A DNA stretch of 64,000 bases from Oikopleura dioica (Eukaryota; Animalia; Chordata): contig OU015567.1 in assembly GCA_907165135.1 (NCBI GenBank), positions 12,772,001 to 12,836,000 of the forward strand, given 5' to 3'. A program made the position numbers and the translations under genes. The notes under the pieces were generated by a model that was not told the DNA's origin, made no database searches, and saw only the letters and a list, made by a program, of their open reading frames with translations. Every line of letters starts with the position of its first letter. Positions within the stretch are counted from its first letter, which is position 1. Positions 11,180 through 21,675 of this stretch are shown in pieces.

Positions 11180-13587
11180 ATGGATCAAGAGATCTTGAAA
11201 CTAATCGACGCCAGTTTTTCCAATGAAAATGAGAAGCGAATCAAGGCAGAAGAAGCACTTGCCCAGTGCGATGCAACACAAGATTTCCCCCGGGCTCTTC
11301 TTCTCATCGGATTGAATGAGGCAGTCGGCCTACAGTACCGACAATCAGCGTCAGTTCTCCTGAAGAACTGGATCGACTATCACTGGAACTCCAGCGGCGA
11401 TAAATTCAAAGAACCAGCGGCGAGCGAAGAAACGAAAGAATTCATCAGACACGGACTCCCACGAGGACTTGCTAATGAATCCAGAGCCGTGAGAAATGTC
11501 TTTGCCGCTGCCTTATCAATTGTAGCTGGCTGGGAGTGGCCCGAAATATGGCCTGATTTCGTCCCAAACTTAATCGAAGCCCTCAACTCCGACAATGCGA
11601 ATATGGTCGACGGAGCGCTTCGTTGTTTGAAAGAGTTCTCGACAGATATTAATGGAAAGTTCGCTCCAGAAATGATCAAAAACATTTTGCCCAAGTTGCT
11701 CGAATTCATGACTCCCAATTCTGGTGCTACTCCAATCATGGCTGCTCGTTCTCTCCAAATTTTGACGACGCTTACGATGCTTCTTAGCGATGCTAGAGCA
11801 AAGACATTAGGTAAGCTGAAAAACATAATATGCTCAAACAGTGATTTCTTGTAGATGATCATTACGAAAAAATCCTGACAGTTTTCCGCGCCTGTATCCT
11901 TCGTCCCGTCGATGAAGAGGACGACTGGCTCATCAAACGTAACGTCTTCAACTGCTTCAACGAGCTTGTCAAGGGCTTTTCAAAGAAGATCGCCCCAATC
12001 TCTGCTCATTGCCTTCAGGATTGCTGGTCCTTTATCGCCAAGCTTTCGAAACAATATCTTGCCATGGCGATCAACAGTGATGAAACCGAAAGCCAAGAGG
12101 ATTCAGACAACGAAACTGCTGGGATCCAAGGAACTGTCGTGGCCGCAATTGAATTTCTCTGTACAATAATTGAAAAGAAAGCGTTTGCGAAAGTCGTTCA
12201 AATTGGTGTTCCTCCGCTAATTCCATCGCTTATGATCTTTTTGCAACCATCGGCCGGGCAGATTAACGCCTGGGAAGATGATCCAGATAGATTCGTTGAA
12301 GAAGAAGACGACGAAGTCATGCTTTGCTCGGTTAGAACAACTGCCATGGATCTCCTTCTCTGTATCGCGAAAGACCACCTCGAAGTGCTTCTTCCGCCGC
12401 TTTTGGAATATGTCGGGGAGTCTCAATCTGGATCAGCAAGTTGGCAGCAGCGTGAATCCGCCTATTACATCATTGGAGCCGTTGCAAGCGCGTTGGAAGA
12501 AGAACACATGACCAAGTTTAACATTCGAGGCTATCTGGAAGGACCGACTCTTCGCGATTTGAAATCAGGTACAGTCACCGTCCGTTTATATTTCCGATTC
12601 TTTTTCCAGGTGAAAGCCCCTTCCTTACTGGCCGAGCTCTCTGGTTCTCTGCTCGTTTCGCCGACAAAGTTCCGCCTAATCTTCTGCAGGCATTCCTCGA
12701 AGCTACTGCTCACGGCCTACAAAATGGACAATCACCGATCGTCCGAATCCAAGCCGCCAGAGCCGTCTACGAGTTCATTACAAACATCCCCTTGGAAAAG
12801 AGAGAAATCCTCGGTTCCTTCGTCACTCAAGCTCTTGGTTCGTTGATTGAAATGTGCTCGTCCGCGCCGACTGAGGTTTCCTGCTTGCTTTTGGAAGTGA
12901 TCACAGAGTGCATCAACGTCGAAGAGGATAATCTTGAACAGTATGGAACGCAACTCACAGACTTGATCCTCTCGACACTGCAAAGTAACAGTTCCGATCC
13001 GCACATCTGCGCGATCGTTGAGGACATGGTCGAGGCACTTGGAAAGAAATTGACGCCACAAGTGATCGGTCAATTCCCGACTGTCTTCTCCGCCTTTGTT
13101 CCTTATTTGATCCACATCATGAAGACCCCGGAAGATGAGATCTCCAAAGATTCAGATGTCTCCAACAGCTTCATCGCCATTTGCCTCGACATCACTACCC
13201 GCTTTGTTCGATCGATTCCAAAGCCGCTTCCGGAAGAGCTTCTTCGGCAGCTTTACCCAGTCATCGTCGAAAAAACTCTTCAATCAGCGGACACTCAAGT
13301 GATTCAGTCGGGAGGCGAAGCTGTCAGAGGATTCTTTGCAGCTGCGGGGGATCAAATTTGCGCGATGGAACATGGTCTTGAAGGTGATTGATTTAAACTT
13401 AATTTATGATGGTGTGTGATCAACGATTGATTTACAATTTATTCCTCTTTATTAAACTCATATTAATAATATTTTATTACTAGCTGCTGAACGCGTCATT
13501 CTCCATCTTCTTGAACCCAACTCGCCAGAATACTCCGCCTCGTTTGCCGGCCGCCTCGTCTGTCTAATTTTGCTCAACACAAAATCC
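11180..13587 (+). CDS. IPO9: Importin-9, 5' portion (interrupted by LTR retrotransposon)
   Basis: N-terminal importin-beta fold (RQSASVLLKNWIDYHW, IAGWEWPEIWP-type motif, GALRCL), WEDDPDRFVEEEDDE...SVRTTAMDLL, WQQRESAYY, SPFLTGRALW, QSGGEAVRGF and LLEPNSPEYSASFAGRLV all match importin-9. The frame runs into the 5' LTR at 13588. Confidence 0.92.
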
Positions 13588-13843
13588 TATTGGGATCTTA
13601 GATTCGTTAGACTCCCTCGTCCCCTAAGGTCACTTGCTTATCTAGATCGAGCTTTGCTCGGTCGCCGCCGTGTATTTCTCTCCATTCGGTAATTCACGCA
13701 GTTCGTGAATTAACCTCTATTTTACTCCAGCTCGAAATACAGACGTCAAAGATACTTTACTCGTTTTCTTCACTCGTCCAGATATAGAGAGCAGGCAAAC
13801 TACGCTAGAAGTGGGAGATTCAGCAGAAGCTAGGATCCCTTCA
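13588..13843 (+). repeat. 5' LTR (256 bp, TA...CA termini)
   Basis: Begins TATTGGGATCTTAG and ends GGATCCCTTCA; same sequence at 19820-20075. Confidence 0.96.
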
Positions 13844-13844
13844 G

Positions 13845-13855
13845 TGGTATCAGAG
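13845..13855 (+). other. Primer-binding site TGGTATCAGAG
   Basis: Lies 1 nt after the 5' LTR and starts with TGG (complement of tRNA CCA). TGGTATCAGAG is the classic initiator-Met-type PBS. Confidence 0.85.
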
Positions 13856-14355
13856 TAGTCCCGTTGGAGAAAAGATAAATTTTTCCGCCATCGACAACCG
13901 AAGTTTCGCAACTTGGACGCTGATTGGCCGTCAGCGGAGTCGAGGGGAACCGAATCACCAACCGCCACCGCGCCGCCGGAGAAACTCCACTCAGAGAATT
14001 TTCCGCACCACACCAACACCACCCCGAGCGAGCGCCACCGCACGAGCGCCACCACGACCCACGCGCCGAAAGTCGCGCCCACGCAACCACGCACGCACGC
14101 CGGGGAAAACCTAAAATACTGAGAAAAACATAATTCTTTCGCCACTTTTCACCAAAAATCGAGAGAAGTTTACGAAGAATCGACCCTTGGACCAGACCTT
14201 GAAATTTCGACAATCGCTGGACAGAGAAATCGTCGGGCGTTTGCGCAAAAAGGCACCTCAGCTCATCATATTGCGACTTTTAGTCGCAGTATTTTCTGAG
14301 GGCCTGAAAGGTAATCCAAGGCCCATAAACCCTTACTGCCGATATATTTCGAGCT

Positions 14356-17300
14356 ATGGCGGCGAACAAATCACTGCTAGAAACCGTCACCGAAATAAGA
14401 AGCATAAACGATCGAGTAAACTACCTCGAAGAACAAGTGCGAAATGACGAATCACTAAAGCCAAGCCTAGAGCCCTTGATCACAGAAAGCAGAGTAAAAT
14501 TAGAACAGCTCAGTACAACGCTTCTTACCTGCGAGCTCGATCAAGGAAAAGACTCTACGAATGCGACAATGAGAGAAGAAGCATGGGTGGCCACTACCTG
14601 GTCTCGTCACGTCCAAGACTTGCCGAAGCTGGACGCCGCATGCAACACATCTTTCAACACCTTCTTGGGCAGAGCCGACATTTATCACCGCGCCTACGTC
14701 CGCGACAGACCTTCACGTGAACAGCCTTTCATCGCAGCAGTGTACAGCCACTTCGACTTGAACATCGAACGCTCACTTGGAACCGAATTTCTGAATTGTC
14801 AAGACTGGAAATCGGCCAAGGCGCTGCTAGAGAAATCATTCGCCGCGAAGAGTCACTACTTACTGAAGCTAAGCGAAGTTTTCGACGTCGAATACGACCA
14901 TTCGAAGCCGTTTGCACACTACACCGCCAACGTCTTGCAAAAGATGAACGAGGCGAAGCAAGCGACTTTGAACTCTTACCGACAAGAGAAGTCAGCCGAC
15001 GCCGGGGTCGATGAAATATTTGACATATTCTCGACGATGATGCTGTACTTGAATCTTAGGAAAGAAGAACCAGACGTTTTCAACGCAATCCTTCCAAGCC
15101 TATCAAAAGTTTACGATATCAACGAACTCTGCCGTCTCGCCCAATCCACAAGACAGAATCGAGTTGACAGCGCGACCGTCTCCCAGCACTTCAACAGAAA
15201 TAAGAACAAAAAGAAGAAGAATGCTAAGCGCGCCAGCAACGATTCTAAGGATGGGAAAGACGATAAACAACCAGAATCCAAGAAGATAAATACGACTAAG
15301 AACGTTGAAGATTTCCAACCATTCGACGTTCACTTTTACACAGTGAAGAAGAAGCGACCAGGAAAGGCTTATTTCGCTTCGGCTACCATCATTACGGGCT
15401 CTAAAAGTCTTGACGTATCGATGGAAGTCGACAGCGGAGCCGAGTCCTCCTGTCTGTCCGCTGCTTACGTTCCCGACGAATTTCTCCAGATGCTGAAGCC
15501 CTGTCCCTTCAAGGTCACCGGTTTCAGCCCAAATATTCCCGCCGAGCAGCCGATGGGTATCCTTCCCTGCCGCTTATCATTCAATGGTGGCCCTGCATTC
15601 TCCCTGAATCTCACCATTATGCCAGGCAGTAAATACCCAAGTCTACTGGGCCGCGATATACTAGAGAATGCGATGACGGACAGCTTCACAGTCGACAATA
15701 AGAATCGTACTCTCTCATTTTGCTACAACGAAGCCTTCACACAAACTGAGACTCAAGTGGTGAAGCTGGACGGAGTGAAGCGGACCAAAATCAAGAAATA
15801 CTTGACTACTAGATCAGCGGTCAAGGATAGCGATCGATCCCGCACTCAACCGCCACCAAAAGTCCCAAAGCTGGACGCACCTAACAAGAACGCAGCCAGG
15901 TGCCCCATTCAGCTAGCGAAGCAAAAACTCGGAATTACCCTACCAGCAAACGCCGACCCGGGGCAAAAGAAGGTGGTCGCCGAGCTGTGTTTGGATTTCG
16001 ACGACAGATTCGGCTGCGACGGTCAAAAAATGGGTGAATTCCCATTCGAGATCGAAATCCCGACTGATGGTACGAGTCGAAACATCAGTCAACACCCTAT
16101 TCCGCAAGCTTTTCATGGCCAGGTCACTGATCACATCTCCGAACTGCTCGATACGAAAATAATAGAAGAGATCAAGGACCAGAAAGGGTTTAATAGCCCC
16201 GTTCTGCCAATCCCTAAGAAATCTGGGGAAATGCGCTTCTGCATCAACTACAAGAACAGCTTGAACAAATGCCTCTCCGACAAATCCGACCCATATCATC
16301 TTCCGAGCATGGAGGATACGATCGCGAACATTGGACCGGGCAACAAGTATTTCGCCACAGTTGATTTGCGGAGCGGATATTGGCAGTGCCCTATTAAGAA
16401 AAGCGATAGGTATAAGACTTCCTTCCAGTGGGGTGGGAAATCTTACGCCTTCTGCAGATTACCTTTCGGTTATCGATGCTCGGGGAATATATTCTCGCGC
16501 GTCGTAAACACGATTCTCGACTCAAGCCCCACCAGGAAGAAGATGCTTTCTTATATCGATGACATAGTATGTTTTGGGAAGTCTTTCAGCTGCTATTACA
16601 ACACTCTCCGAAACCTATTCATCGCGCTCCGCAAGTTTAACGCTAAACTCAAGGGCGAAAAGTGCTCTTTCCTACAATCAGAAGCTCACTTTTTGGGCCG
16701 AATCATCAACGAAGAAGGAATCAAACCGGACCCTGCGCAAGTCTCCGCCCTTCGTCAGATGAAACCCCCACGCTCCCAAAAGGAGTTAGCTTCATTAATC
16801 GGGTCATTGAATTGGATCCGAGGTTTTCTAGAAACAAAAATGGGCGAAGCTATTTCATCCGGTTGCTTCTCGAGCAGAATGAAACCCATAAACGATGTTC
16901 GAAATTCGGCGAACGAAACAAATTGTTTCAAGTGGACCAAAGAAGCGGATTTGGCGCTCAAGGAAATTCAACGACGACTCTCCGAGACTCCTGTCATAAG
17001 CTTTCCTAACTTTGACGAGTCTTTTCACCTCTACACAGACGCGAGCCTGTACGCAGCGGGTGGTGTTCTGCTACAAGAGTATGGCGGGAGAGTGCACCTA
17101 GTAAGCGCGATTTCCCACACCTTCAACAAAGCTGAAAGAAAATGGAACACTTCAGAAAAGGAAATGTTTAGCATTGTCTGGTGCTGCGAGCGACTGGAAA
17201 AGCTCCTGAAAGGTAGATTCTTTCAGATTCACACAGACCACAGATCTTTGATCTTCCTACACAAAAAGAAGTTCAAGAATTCTAAAATAAGCCGATGGCA

Positions 17301-19509
17301 AAGCCGATTGGAAGAATTCGATTTTCACATTGTCTACATCAAGGGATCAGAAAATCAATTCGCCGATTTTATGAGCCGCAGACCTGGCGAGGACGACAAA
17401 TCACTTGGATACGACTCTGAGTTTCCCGTTGGTCGCGAGTACGAAATCGACAAGAATTCACCAGTACGTGTCTTCGTCCCTTTCTGGAACGAAAATCAGT
17501 TTCCGGAGAAAATCACTTTATCAGAGGTGAAGATACATAAGGTAAACGTCAAGGCTATCGCGGCGCCAATGGAGATTCCGTTGGTGTCAGCGAATTATAA
17601 TAACATTCTGGACTATCAAAGGGAGGACTCTGCTCTGAGTGCAATCATCACTTTTCTGGAATCTGGTAAGGAGCCACTGGACATAAAATCGCTGGTGAAG
17701 GACTCCGACCACCGACAATCGTCTCTACTCAAGATGGAAAAAGCTCTGTTCCTGGATAACACTACCGGGTGCTTGATGTGTCAATTCAAATCTGGCGCGC
17801 GGGCGGTGGTACCGGAAGCGGTAAAAAGTCACTTTCTCTTTCTAGCTCACGACTTGTCCGGTCATCTGGGCGAGCCGCGGACTTTAGAGCGATTAGAGGA
17901 CGTTTGGTGGCCTTCATTTCAAGACGATGTTTCTAACTACGTCCACAGCTGCGTCCCTTGCCTACGCAGAAAAGGATCTGCTGGAACTCGTACCAAACCG
18001 CCACTTGGAACCCTTCGTCGTGGAAAAACAGCTGGCGAATCGATTCAGATCGATTTCGCTTGTATGCCTCCCGCTGGCGGATTCAAGTATTATTTGGTGG
18101 TGGCGGACACTTTCTCTCGCTACACTTGGTGCATTCCGACGCGGTCCGACACTGCTATCCGCGCTGCAAAAGCGCTCATCTACAAGGTCTTCCTTCCCAT
18201 GGATTTCTTGCCGAAACATCTACACAGTGACAGAGGTACCCACTTCTGCGCAAGCGTGATTGACGAAATGTGTAAGCTTAACCAGATAAAACATACAATA
18301 AGTACCGCATTTCACCCTCAATCAAACGCTTTCGCAGAAAGAGCGAATCGGACTATCAAAAACAGTCTATTCTGCATGGTCAACTCATCTTCCGGTCGAA
18401 AAACTTGGGCCGACTGCGTTCCCCACGTGATGCGCGCGCTCAATAGTGTGAAAAACAAAAGCACGAAAATTTCACCGCGAGAAGTTTGGTTTGGCCGAAA
18501 AAGTACTTTCACCCACTCTACTGGCGCAGAAATGACAGCGGAAACACCTCAGGTGTTTGGTCTCAATGTTGGAGCTTTAGCGAAATCGGCGGAAGCCATT
18601 GTGAAAACTGCGATGGAAGCTGCTGACCGAGCCATGGAGCACAGGCTGAAAAACGAGCCTAAGCCGAGACCAATCCCCGCTGGCGCTGTCGTGTACATTA
18701 AGCGAGAAAACCTGACCGACGCTAAAAGCAAGAAGGAACGCTGGGTAGGTCCCCTGAAAGCCGTTTCGAGCAACGACTGGGTCGTCATGGTCGAAGATAA
18801 AAAAGGACAACGTGATTTCATCCATCGAGAACACGTGGTTCACGCCGCAGAACGAAATCACGACTTACGCTGGATTGATTACTACGAGGCCGAGTACGTA
18901 TTCCCACATTTAACCGAAATCGTTAAGTCGAAAGTCCCACAAAAATCGCCTGTTCCTACTTCCAAACCGATGGAAAAGTCCGGGTCGAAGTCGCATGGGG
19001 GGAGGAAATCTTCTCAGGTCGCGTCGACTCCGATGGTTGCTATGGAAAAACCGCCAAGATCATCTCTATCACCTATTTTGGAAAGTAGACGCCGATTGGA
19101 CATGGAAAATCTGGGAGATACAACCGCTACATCTATTTTGGACTCGTCGGTAGCTCCAGCCGAGCCGTCAGATCGCTGGTACTCTGGTGGTACTCTTTAT
19201 GAAACTGCCGAGGACATGTCAGCTGATGCTACAGTGATTTCGGAGGTTGCTGCGCCCGACAATAGCCATATGTCAGTCGATAAACAAAATTCAACAGTAG
19301 TTGAGGGCTCAGCAACTGAAAACAGCAAGAAAAGAACCCGTCCAAAGTCTTCACCAGATCGTCAATACTCAGCCGGCGCCGATCCGAATGCGACTTTAAC
19401 CGAAGTTGGAGCAGCTCATCTCCCGAAACATACAAAACGAGCACACCGTGAAACGAGGCCCGTCGAACCTCTAAACATCGGCACAAACTCGGGTCAGTCA
19501 TACGACTAA
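14356..19509 (+). CDS. Gag-Pol polyprotein (1717 aa): Gag, aspartic protease, RT, RNase H, integrase
   Basis: Protease VDSGAES...LLGRDIL; RT PVLPIPKKSGEMRFCINY, DLRSGYWQ, LPFG, YIDDI; RNase H LYTDAS, EKEMFSI, TDHRSL, ADFMSR; integrase H-X5-H...C-X2-C (HDLSGH...CVPC), IQIDF, HSDRGTHF, AERANRTIK. Uninterrupted frame. Confidence 0.97.
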   Translation: MAANKSLLETVTEIRSINDRVNYLEEQVRNDESLKPSLEPLITESRVKLEQLSTTLLTCELDQGKDSTNATMREEAWVATTWSRHVQDLPKLDAACNTSFNTFLGRADIYHRAYVRDRPSREQPFIAAVYSHFDLNIERSLGTEFLNCQDWKSAKALLEKSFAAKSHYLLKLSEVFDVEYDHSKPFAHYTANVLQKMNEAKQATLNSYRQEKSADAGVDEIFDIFSTMMLYLNLRKEEPDVFNAILPSLSKVYDINELCRLAQSTRQNRVDSATVSQHFNRNKNKKKKNAKRASNDSKDGKDDKQPESKKINTTKNVEDFQPFDVHFYTVKKKRPGKAYFASATIITGSKSLDVSMEVDSGAESSCLSAAYVPDEFLQMLKPCPFKVTGFSPNIPAEQPMGILPCRLSFNGGPAFSLNLTIMPGSKYPSLLGRDILENAMTDSFTVDNKNRTLSFCYNEAFTQTETQVVKLDGVKRTKIKKYLTTRSAVKDSDRSRTQPPPKVPKLDAPNKNAARCPIQLAKQKLGITLPANADPGQKKVVAELCLDFDDRFGCDGQKMGEFPFEIEIPTDGTSRNISQHPIPQAFHGQVTDHISELLDTKIIEEIKDQKGFNSPVLPIPKKSGEMRFCINYKNSLNKCLSDKSDPYHLPSMEDTIANIGPGNKYFATVDLRSGYWQCPIKKSDRYKTSFQWGGKSYAFCRLPFGYRCSGNIFSRVVNTILDSSPTRKKMLSYIDDIVCFGKSFSCYYNTLRNLFIALRKFNAKLKGEKCSFLQSEAHFLGRIINEEGIKPDPAQVSALRQMKPPRSQKELASLIGSLNWIRGFLETKMGEAISSGCFSSRMKPINDVRNSANETNCFKWTKEADLALKEIQRRLSETPVISFPNFDESFHLYTDASLYAAGGVLLQEYGGRVHLVSAISHTFNKAERKWNTSEKEMFSIVWCCERLEKLLKGRFFQIHTDHRSLIFLHKKKFKNSKISRWQSRLEEFDFHIVYIKGSENQFADFMSRRPGEDDKSLGYDSEFPVGREYEIDKNSPVRVFVPFWNENQFPEKITLSEVKIHKVNVKAIAAPMEIPLVSANYNNILDYQREDSALSAIITFLESGKEPLDIKSLVKDSDHRQSSLLKMEKALFLDNTTGCLMCQFKSGARAVVPEAVKSHFLFLAHDLSGHLGEPRTLERLEDVWWPSFQDDVSNYVHSCVPCLRRKGSAGTRTKPPLGTLRRGKTAGESIQIDFACMPPAGGFKYYLVVADTFSRYTWCIPTRSDTAIRAAKALIYKVFLPMDFLPKHLHSDRGTHFCASVIDEMCKLNQIKHTISTAFHPQSNAFAERANRTIKNSLFCMVNSSSGRKTWADCVPHVMRALNSVKNKSTKISPREVWFGRKSTFTHSTGAEMTAETPQVFGLNVGALAKSAEAIVKTAMEAADRAMEHRLKNEPKPRPIPAGAVVYIKRENLTDAKSKKERWVGPLKAVSSNDWVVMVEDKKGQRDFIHREHVVHAAERNHDLRWIDYYEAEYVFPHLTEIVKSKVPQKSPVPTSKPMEKSGSKSHGGRKSSQVASTPMVAMEKPPRSSLSPILESRRRLDMENLGDTTATSILDSSVAPAEPSDRWYSGGTLYETAEDMSADATVISEVAAPDNSHMSVDKQNSTVVEGSATENSKKRTRPKSSPDRQYSAGADPNATLTEVGAAHLPKHTKRAHRETRPVEPLNIGTNSGQSYD

Positions 19510-19810
19510 GCGCAAGTACTGCCCCACTCAGGTCCCCTATTCATCGACCGGGGCCTGAAAAGGTACGGAAATTATCACAGTTTACCGTCGCCGACGTATT
19601 TTGAGTTCTTCTACATGTGCAGCTACTCCTTCATGTCATCACCGCTCGGACATCACGAAAACTTCGCATCTGATTCAAGCTTTTTCCCAAAAAAGGGTTT
19701 TTTAACGCGAATCAGACTGCCTCGACGTTTCGAACCTGCCATGTTACTCATCTTACGCTTATACTCCTGCAAAAATCACACACTTTGGCCTTAGAGGACG
19801 TTTCAGTCTC

Positions 19811-19819
19811 ATGGGGGGG
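19811..19819 (+). other. Polypurine tract
   Basis: ATGGGGGGG directly abutting the 3' LTR. Confidence 0.75.
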
Positions 19820-20075
19820 TATTGGGATCTTAGATTCGTTAGACTCCCTCGTCCCCTAAGGTCACTTGCTTATCTAGATCGAGCTTTGCTCGGTCGCCGC
19901 CGTGTATTTCTCTCCATTCGGTAATTCACGCAGTTCGTGAATTAACCTCTATTTTACTCCAGCTCGAAATACAGACGTCAAAGATACTTTACTCGTTTTC
20001 TTCACTCGTCCAGATATAGAGAGCAGGCAAACTACGCTAGAAGTGGGAGATTCAGCAGAAGCTAGGATCCCTTCA
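19820..20075 (+). repeat. 3' LTR (256 bp)
   Basis: Direct repeat of 13588-13843, followed by the TSD ATCC. Confidence 0.96.
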
Positions 20076-21000
20076 ATCCCAAAACCTAGAAAACATTCTC
20101 TCTGCTGTCCTGCTGAAGCTCAACACTGCCACTACTCTCACTGTTCAACAGGCTCTTCTTCTCGTCTTTGCGCGATTGGCTTCGGCGGATACTATGGGAC
20201 TGGTCAACTTTTTGGATTCGAAAAATGCTCTTCAGGTAGAGTTCTGCCCAGAAAGGGGGTGCTATCTAAAATTTAGCCATTGATGCAACTGTGGCTTGAA
20301 AAACAATGCGAAGTTTTTGGCGCTTATGAACGAAAGGTTACAGTAGCTGGTCTTTGCAGCCTCCTTACTCTATGTGCTAATGGCGAGGAACGCTTGATCA
20401 ACTTATCCTTGCGAAAGAAAATTGAAGGTAAGGGTACGTCTGCTATACTTTCTTAATAATAAACGAAGATCATTCTGGAGGTCGATCGACAAGATCAAAA
20501 AAGAAAGTTGAAAAATTCGCTGATGTTCCGTTTTCTCAAATCGCGCTGGAAACGTTAGCTTCTGAGTGGACTAGCCAAAGAGAAAAGGAAGAAGATCTTG
20601 AAGGTAATTGAAAATGATCGAAACATCGGAAAGATATTTATATTAGAAATTTTGGATGACGACGAAGATGATTACGAAGAAGACTCCTCCGGCGAAGTTG
20701 AATCTGACGAGATTAATTTTGGAACGAACGGTCAAACGGCAATTTTGTTGAGCGAGTTACTCGCCGGCCGAGGAGATCTGGAAGACTTGGAGGGAGAAGA
20801 AGAGGACGATGTGAAAAGCGACCCTCTTCATGGAATCAAGATTTGCGAACACATCACTGAACAGATTCGCAATCTCGCTAATTCCTCCCTTATCAGGGTA
20901 TGTTACCTCTGTCGGTATTTGTTTAACGATTGTTTAGGAAACTGCAAGTCACCTGGACGAAACCAACCGAAAGATTCTCGAGCGAGTCATCACTGCGTAA
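20076..21000 (+). CDS. IPO9: Importin-9, 3' portion
   Basis: Removing the element and one TSD restores ...LILLNTK-SQNLENILSAVLLKLNTATTLTVQQALLLVFARL..., then FGAYERKVTVAGLCSLL, GRSTRSK, an acidic DDEDDYEED tract, KSDPLHGI and SHLDETNRKILERVITA* (TAA 20998-21000). This is the importin-9 C-terminus. Confidence 0.9.
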
Positions 21001-21675
21001 ACTTCTCCTGACTGATATTGAAGCTGGAAGCTGCCAATATCTCACCTCACAACATCTGTCACTGTATGAGCATGTGACAGTCACTCCATGCACATTTAGA
21101 ATGAATTAAACATGTTCAATTGTATAACTGCTGCTATACTAATAAACTAACCACTGGAATACAAAAATTATAAAACAATGAGAAATGTTTTATGAGAAAA
21201 AGATGTTTTCTTCTTTGTTTTCAACGTTCCATTTTTCTCGTGGCTTGACTTGATTTTCTGTGTCTTCTGTCTTCATCAGTATAATTGTTGCTGCAATCGA
21301 TGACGTCTTTTGTTTAAAGAAATCGAAGTTTATCATTTTTCTCCGCTTAAAAATTTCAAATGAAAATTTATTAGGGCTTTAGTTTTCGGGGCAATCATCA
21401 AAAATCATCGGTACCTAAATACCTTTTCGTATGGCGCCAGAGCCGGCCGAAACCGAAATTGAAATCGGATTTTCAACAAAAAATCCGCCTCGTTAGACGA
21501 ATCTCGTGGGCTTAACTTTAGAACTAGAAATATCCGGATCTATTACTTGTTACGTTTTTTTACCTGTAAGGCGCGTCGGAAAAATTATTAAGTCTAGTTG
21601 AAATTATCGTCTCAACGCAATTTTATGAGCAAGTCAAAGCCAGATCATCAAAATACTTAAATGTGATCTACCAGA

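Larger units (their letters stand above)
13588..20075 (+). mobile_element. Full-length Ty3/gypsy-type LTR retrotransposon (Tor-like), 6488 bp, no env
   Basis: Two 256-bp direct repeats (13588-13843, 19820-20075), identical by eye. 4-bp TSD ATCC (13584-13587 and 20076-20079). PBS after the 5' LTR, G-rich PPT before the 3' LTR, and a single gag-pol ORF with PR-RT-RH-IN order. Confidence 0.97.

Noticed and set aside
13717-14213. Overlapping ORFs in the retroelement leader as an accessory or env gene
   Set aside because: The plus-strand ones start at TTG rather than ATG, the stretch is GC-rich and open in several frames, and there is no signal peptide, TM segment or known motif.
19510-19810. env gene downstream of pol
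   Set aside because: Only ~300 nt with no substantial ORF.
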